A stretch of 36,173 bases of DNA from Candidatus Aminicenans sakinawicola JGI OTU-1 (lineage in GTDB: Bacteria > Acidobacteriota > Aminicenantia > Aminicenantales > Aminicenantaceae), in contig AWNV01000030.1 in assembly GCA_000493965.1 (NCBI GenBank), positions 1 through 36,173 of the forward strand. The letters are read 5' to 3'. The notes under the pieces are model-generated. The model saw only the letters and a program-made list of their open reading frames with translations. It was not told the DNA's origin and did no database searches. Positions 33,929 through 36,173 of this stretch are shown piece after piece. Both the position numbers and the translations under genes were made by a program. The first letter of the stretch is position 1; each line of letters opens with the position of its first letter.

Positions 33929-35047
33929 TTATTTTCTCATCTGGCTTGGAGAAAAACTCCTTGATGTCACCTTGAGGCCTTCTTTCCTTTGGATTATATC
34001 GGTTAGTTCTTCCTGCTTTGAACTTATGTTCAAGGCTGTCTCGAGTGTGATTAATTTCTTAAAATAAAGGCTTGCCAGAGATTGATTGAATGTTTGCATT
34101 CCGAATTTTTCCTGTCCCATCTGCATAGATGAATAGATCTGGTGGGTTTTATTTTCCCTGATCAGATTCCTGATTGCAGAATTCGGGATGAGGATCTCCA
34201 TGGCAAGAACCCGGCCTTTACCATCTGCACGAGGCAGAAGAGTCTGGGTTATGACTGCCTCCAAACTCATGGAAAGCATGATTCTCACCTGGGCCTGGTA
34301 CTGGGAGGGGAAGATATCGATAATTCTTGATATTGTCTCAGCAGCAGAGTTTGTATGAAGAGTAGAAAAAGTCAGATGCCCGGTTTCTGCTACACGTAAG
34401 CAGGCTTCTACAGTTTCCAGGTCTCTCATCTCACCGACCAGGACTACATCCGGATCTTCTCTCAAAACTGAGCGGAGGGCGTTGGGATAAGATAGTGTAT
34501 CGACAAAAAGCTCTCTTTGGTTGACTATGGCTTTTTTTGGTGTGATAAAATATTCAATCGGGTCTTCTATAGTAACTATATGAACAGCTCTTTCTTTATT
34601 GATGTGATCTATCATGCAAGCAAGTGTTGTTGATTTTCCACAGCCCGTTGGCCCGGTTATTATTACAAGTCCCCTTGGCAGGAAACAAAGCTTGGCCAGT
34701 CTTTGGGGAATTCCCAGTTGAGAAAAACTCCACATGATAGGAAGGAACCTCCGGAAAGCTGCTGCCACTGCCCCTTTCTGCATAAAAACATTTCCACGAA
34801 ATCGCCCCAAATCCTTAAGCCCAAAAGAAAAGTCAAGTTCGAGTTTTTCTTCAAACTGTCTCTTTTGCCTGTCTGTCAATAGGCTATAGATCAAAGCTTT
34901 AGATTCTGCTGGTGTTAAGGGGGGATGGTCAAGGGAGATAAGTTCTCCATCAATTCTAATCCGAGGAGGTATATGTGTTGTTATGTGAATATCACTGGCA
35001 TCCCTTTCAACAGCAATTTGTAATAATTCTTGAATTGTTATTGCCAT
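33929..35047 (-). CDS. pilT: Twitching-motility retraction ATPase PilT
   Basis: MAITIQELLQIAVERDASDIHI is the PilT N-terminus. Walker A is GPTGCGKST. Asp-box, Walker B and His-box regions are present (VLVGEMRDLET, HLTFSTLHTN). The length is 372 aa. Confidence 0.9.
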   Translation of the reverse strand: MAITIQELLQIAVERDASDIHITTHIPPRIRIDGELISLDHPPLTPAESKALIYSLLTDRQKRQFEEKLELDFSFGLKDLGRFRGNVFMQKGAVAAAFRRFLPIMWSFSQLGIPQRLAKLCFLPRGLVIITGPTGCGKSTTLACMIDHINKERAVHIVTIEDPIEYFITPKKAIVNQRELFVDTLSYPNALRSVLREDPDVVLVGEMRDLETVEACLRVAETGHLTFSTLHTNSAAETISRIIDIFPSQYQAQVRIMLSMSLEAVITQTLLPRADGKGRVLAMEILIPNSAIRNLIRENKTHQIYSSMQMGQEKFGMQTFNQSLASLYFKKLITLETALNISSKQEELTDIIQRKEGLKVTSRSFSPSQMRK

Positions 35048-35049
35048 TT

Positions 35050-36173
35050 TTATACCTCCGTATCTCTAACGCTTACTTTTAAAACTTCTTCAACCGAAGT
35101 TATTCCTTCTGATATCTTAATCAATCCACTCTGGCGCAGTGACATCATTCCCTGCTTCATGGCCATCTTCTTTATCTCCTTGGAATGGGACTTGCTTAAA
35201 ATCATGTCCTTGATATCATCCGTAACTTCCAGAACTTCAAAGAGTCCGGTTCTTCCTTTATAGCCAGTATTATTACATGAGCTGCAGCCTTCTGGTTTAT
35301 ATGCTTTTACCTTCTGAGCTTCTTTAGGTGAATAACCTATGTCAACAAGAGCCTCGGGTGTCAGATTATGCTTGACGCGGCATTTTTTGCATAAACATCT
35401 CACCAGCCTTTGTGCAACGATGAGAGCAACAGAATCAGATATTAAGAAAGGTTCGACATCCATGTTAACTAGCCTGAGAATCGTGCTGGCCGCGTCATTA
35501 GTGTGAACGGTGGAAAAAACCAGGTGGCCTGTCAAGGCAGCCTTTATAGCTATATCCACCGTTTCAAAATCCCTCATCTCACCGACCAGCATAATGTCCG
35601 GGTCCTGACGCAAAAAACTTCTCAATGAACGGGCAAAGCTTAACCCTATGGATTCCTTAATGTTGATTTGATTTATTCCAGGAATATAAAATTCTACAGG
35701 GTCTTCGGCCGTCATGATATTAGTTTCAATTGAATTAAGCGTGGAAACAGCTGAATATAATGTATTTGTTTTTCCACTTCCTGTTGGACCGGTCACGAGA
35801 ATGATTCCCCAAGGCCTTGCAATGGCGCGCTTAAAGACTTTAAGGGGTTCTTTCTCAAACCCAAGCTTTGTAAGGTCTAATTTCAACATCCCTTTGTCAA
35901 GAATACGGACTACAATTTTTTCTCCGAATATTGTTGGAACACTGGAAACCCTCATGTCGACTTCCTTGCGTTCCCCGCTCTCCAGTTTTACCCTCATTTT
36001 AATTCGGCCGTCCTGTGGCAACCTTTTTTCAGCTATATTCATATTCGAAAGTATCTTAACTCTGGATATCACAGGATTTTTAAACTTCATTGCAAGGTTC
36101 ATCATTTCATAGAGAGTGCCGTCAAGCCGGTATCTTACCCTGAAAGCACGCTCATAAGGCTCAAAATGAACAT
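35050..36173 (-). CDS. pilB: Type IV pilus assembly ATPase PilB/GspE (3' portion; the 5' end lies beyond the window)
   Basis: Walker A is GPTGSGKT. RLPQDGR, the tetracysteine motif (CKKC...CSSC) and HLVFSTVHTN are present. The reading frame stays open to the window edge (..FRVRYRLDGTLYEMM..), so the gene is truncated by the window rather than by a stop. A 2-nt gap separates it from pilT. Confidence 0.9.
   Translation of the reverse strand, partial: VHFEPYERAFRVRYRLDGTLYEMMNLAMKFKNPVISRVKILSNMNIAEKRLPQDGRIKMRVKLESGERKEVDMRVSSVPTIFGEKIVVRILDKGMLKLDLTKLGFEKEPLKVFKRAIARPWGIILVTGPTGSGKTNTLYSAVSTLNSIETNIMTAEDPVEFYIPGINQINIKESIGLSFARSLRSFLRQDPDIMLVGEMRDFETVDIAIKAALTGHLVFSTVHTNDAASTILRLVNMDVEPFLISDSVALIVAQRLVRCLCKKCRVKHNLTPEALVDIGYSPKEAQKVKAYKPEGCSSCNNTGYKGRTGLFEVLEVTDDIKDMILSKSHSKEIKKMAMKQGMMSLRQSGLIKISEGITSVEEVLKVSVRDTEV

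Noticed and set aside
1-36173. Search for CRISPR arrays, rRNA and tRNA genes, IS elements and integrases
   Set aside because: No spacer-repeat periodicity and no tRNA-like cloverleaf candidates were seen in intergenic regions, all of which are short. No transposase or integrase motifs were found in any frame. The only mobile-element-related trace is the mazF remnant.

Overview
This is a low-GC bacterial chromosomal window that spans the replication origin region: dnaA and dnaN, with DnaA-box-like sequences immediately upstream of dnaA and an AT-rich dnaA-dnaN spacer. Gene content is consistent with a PVC-like or deltaproteobacteria-like lineage, but no lineage call is possible from sequence alone. 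Contents in order are as follows. (1) A three-gene envelope operon: a TPR lipoprotein, a second lipoprotein, and a 985-aa outer-membrane protein that combines a zincin-like HEXXH domain, a TolB-like beta-propeller and an Omp85-type C-terminal barrel. (2) dnaA and dnaN. (3) A DoxX-like membrane protein, two Gfo/Idh/MocA oxidoreductases (one with a Tat signal) and a TIM-barrel sugar-phosphate isomerase. (4) On the minus strand, a complete rnfCDGEAB operon extended by rseC, a Tat-signal Cys-rich hypothetical and the flavin transferase gene apbE. (5) Housekeeping genes: RNase PH, UDP-glucuronate decarboxylase and flotillin. (6) An unusual pair, where an aspartate-aminotransferase domain is fused to a degenerate PEPCK-like P-loop domain, followed by a second, free-standing divergent PEPCK(ATP)-like protein. 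(7) gmhA and plsC. (8) A 5'-truncated mazF/pemK toxin remnant. (9) A type IV pilus cluster in Geobacter-like order (pilB-pilT-pilC-pilS-pilR, then pilA). pilA has a textbook sigma-54 promoter and a rho-independent terminator, and pilB runs off the window edge. No rRNA, tRNA, CRISPR array or intact mobile element was recognised. All calls rest on motif-level reading of the supplied translations; nothing was searched against a database.
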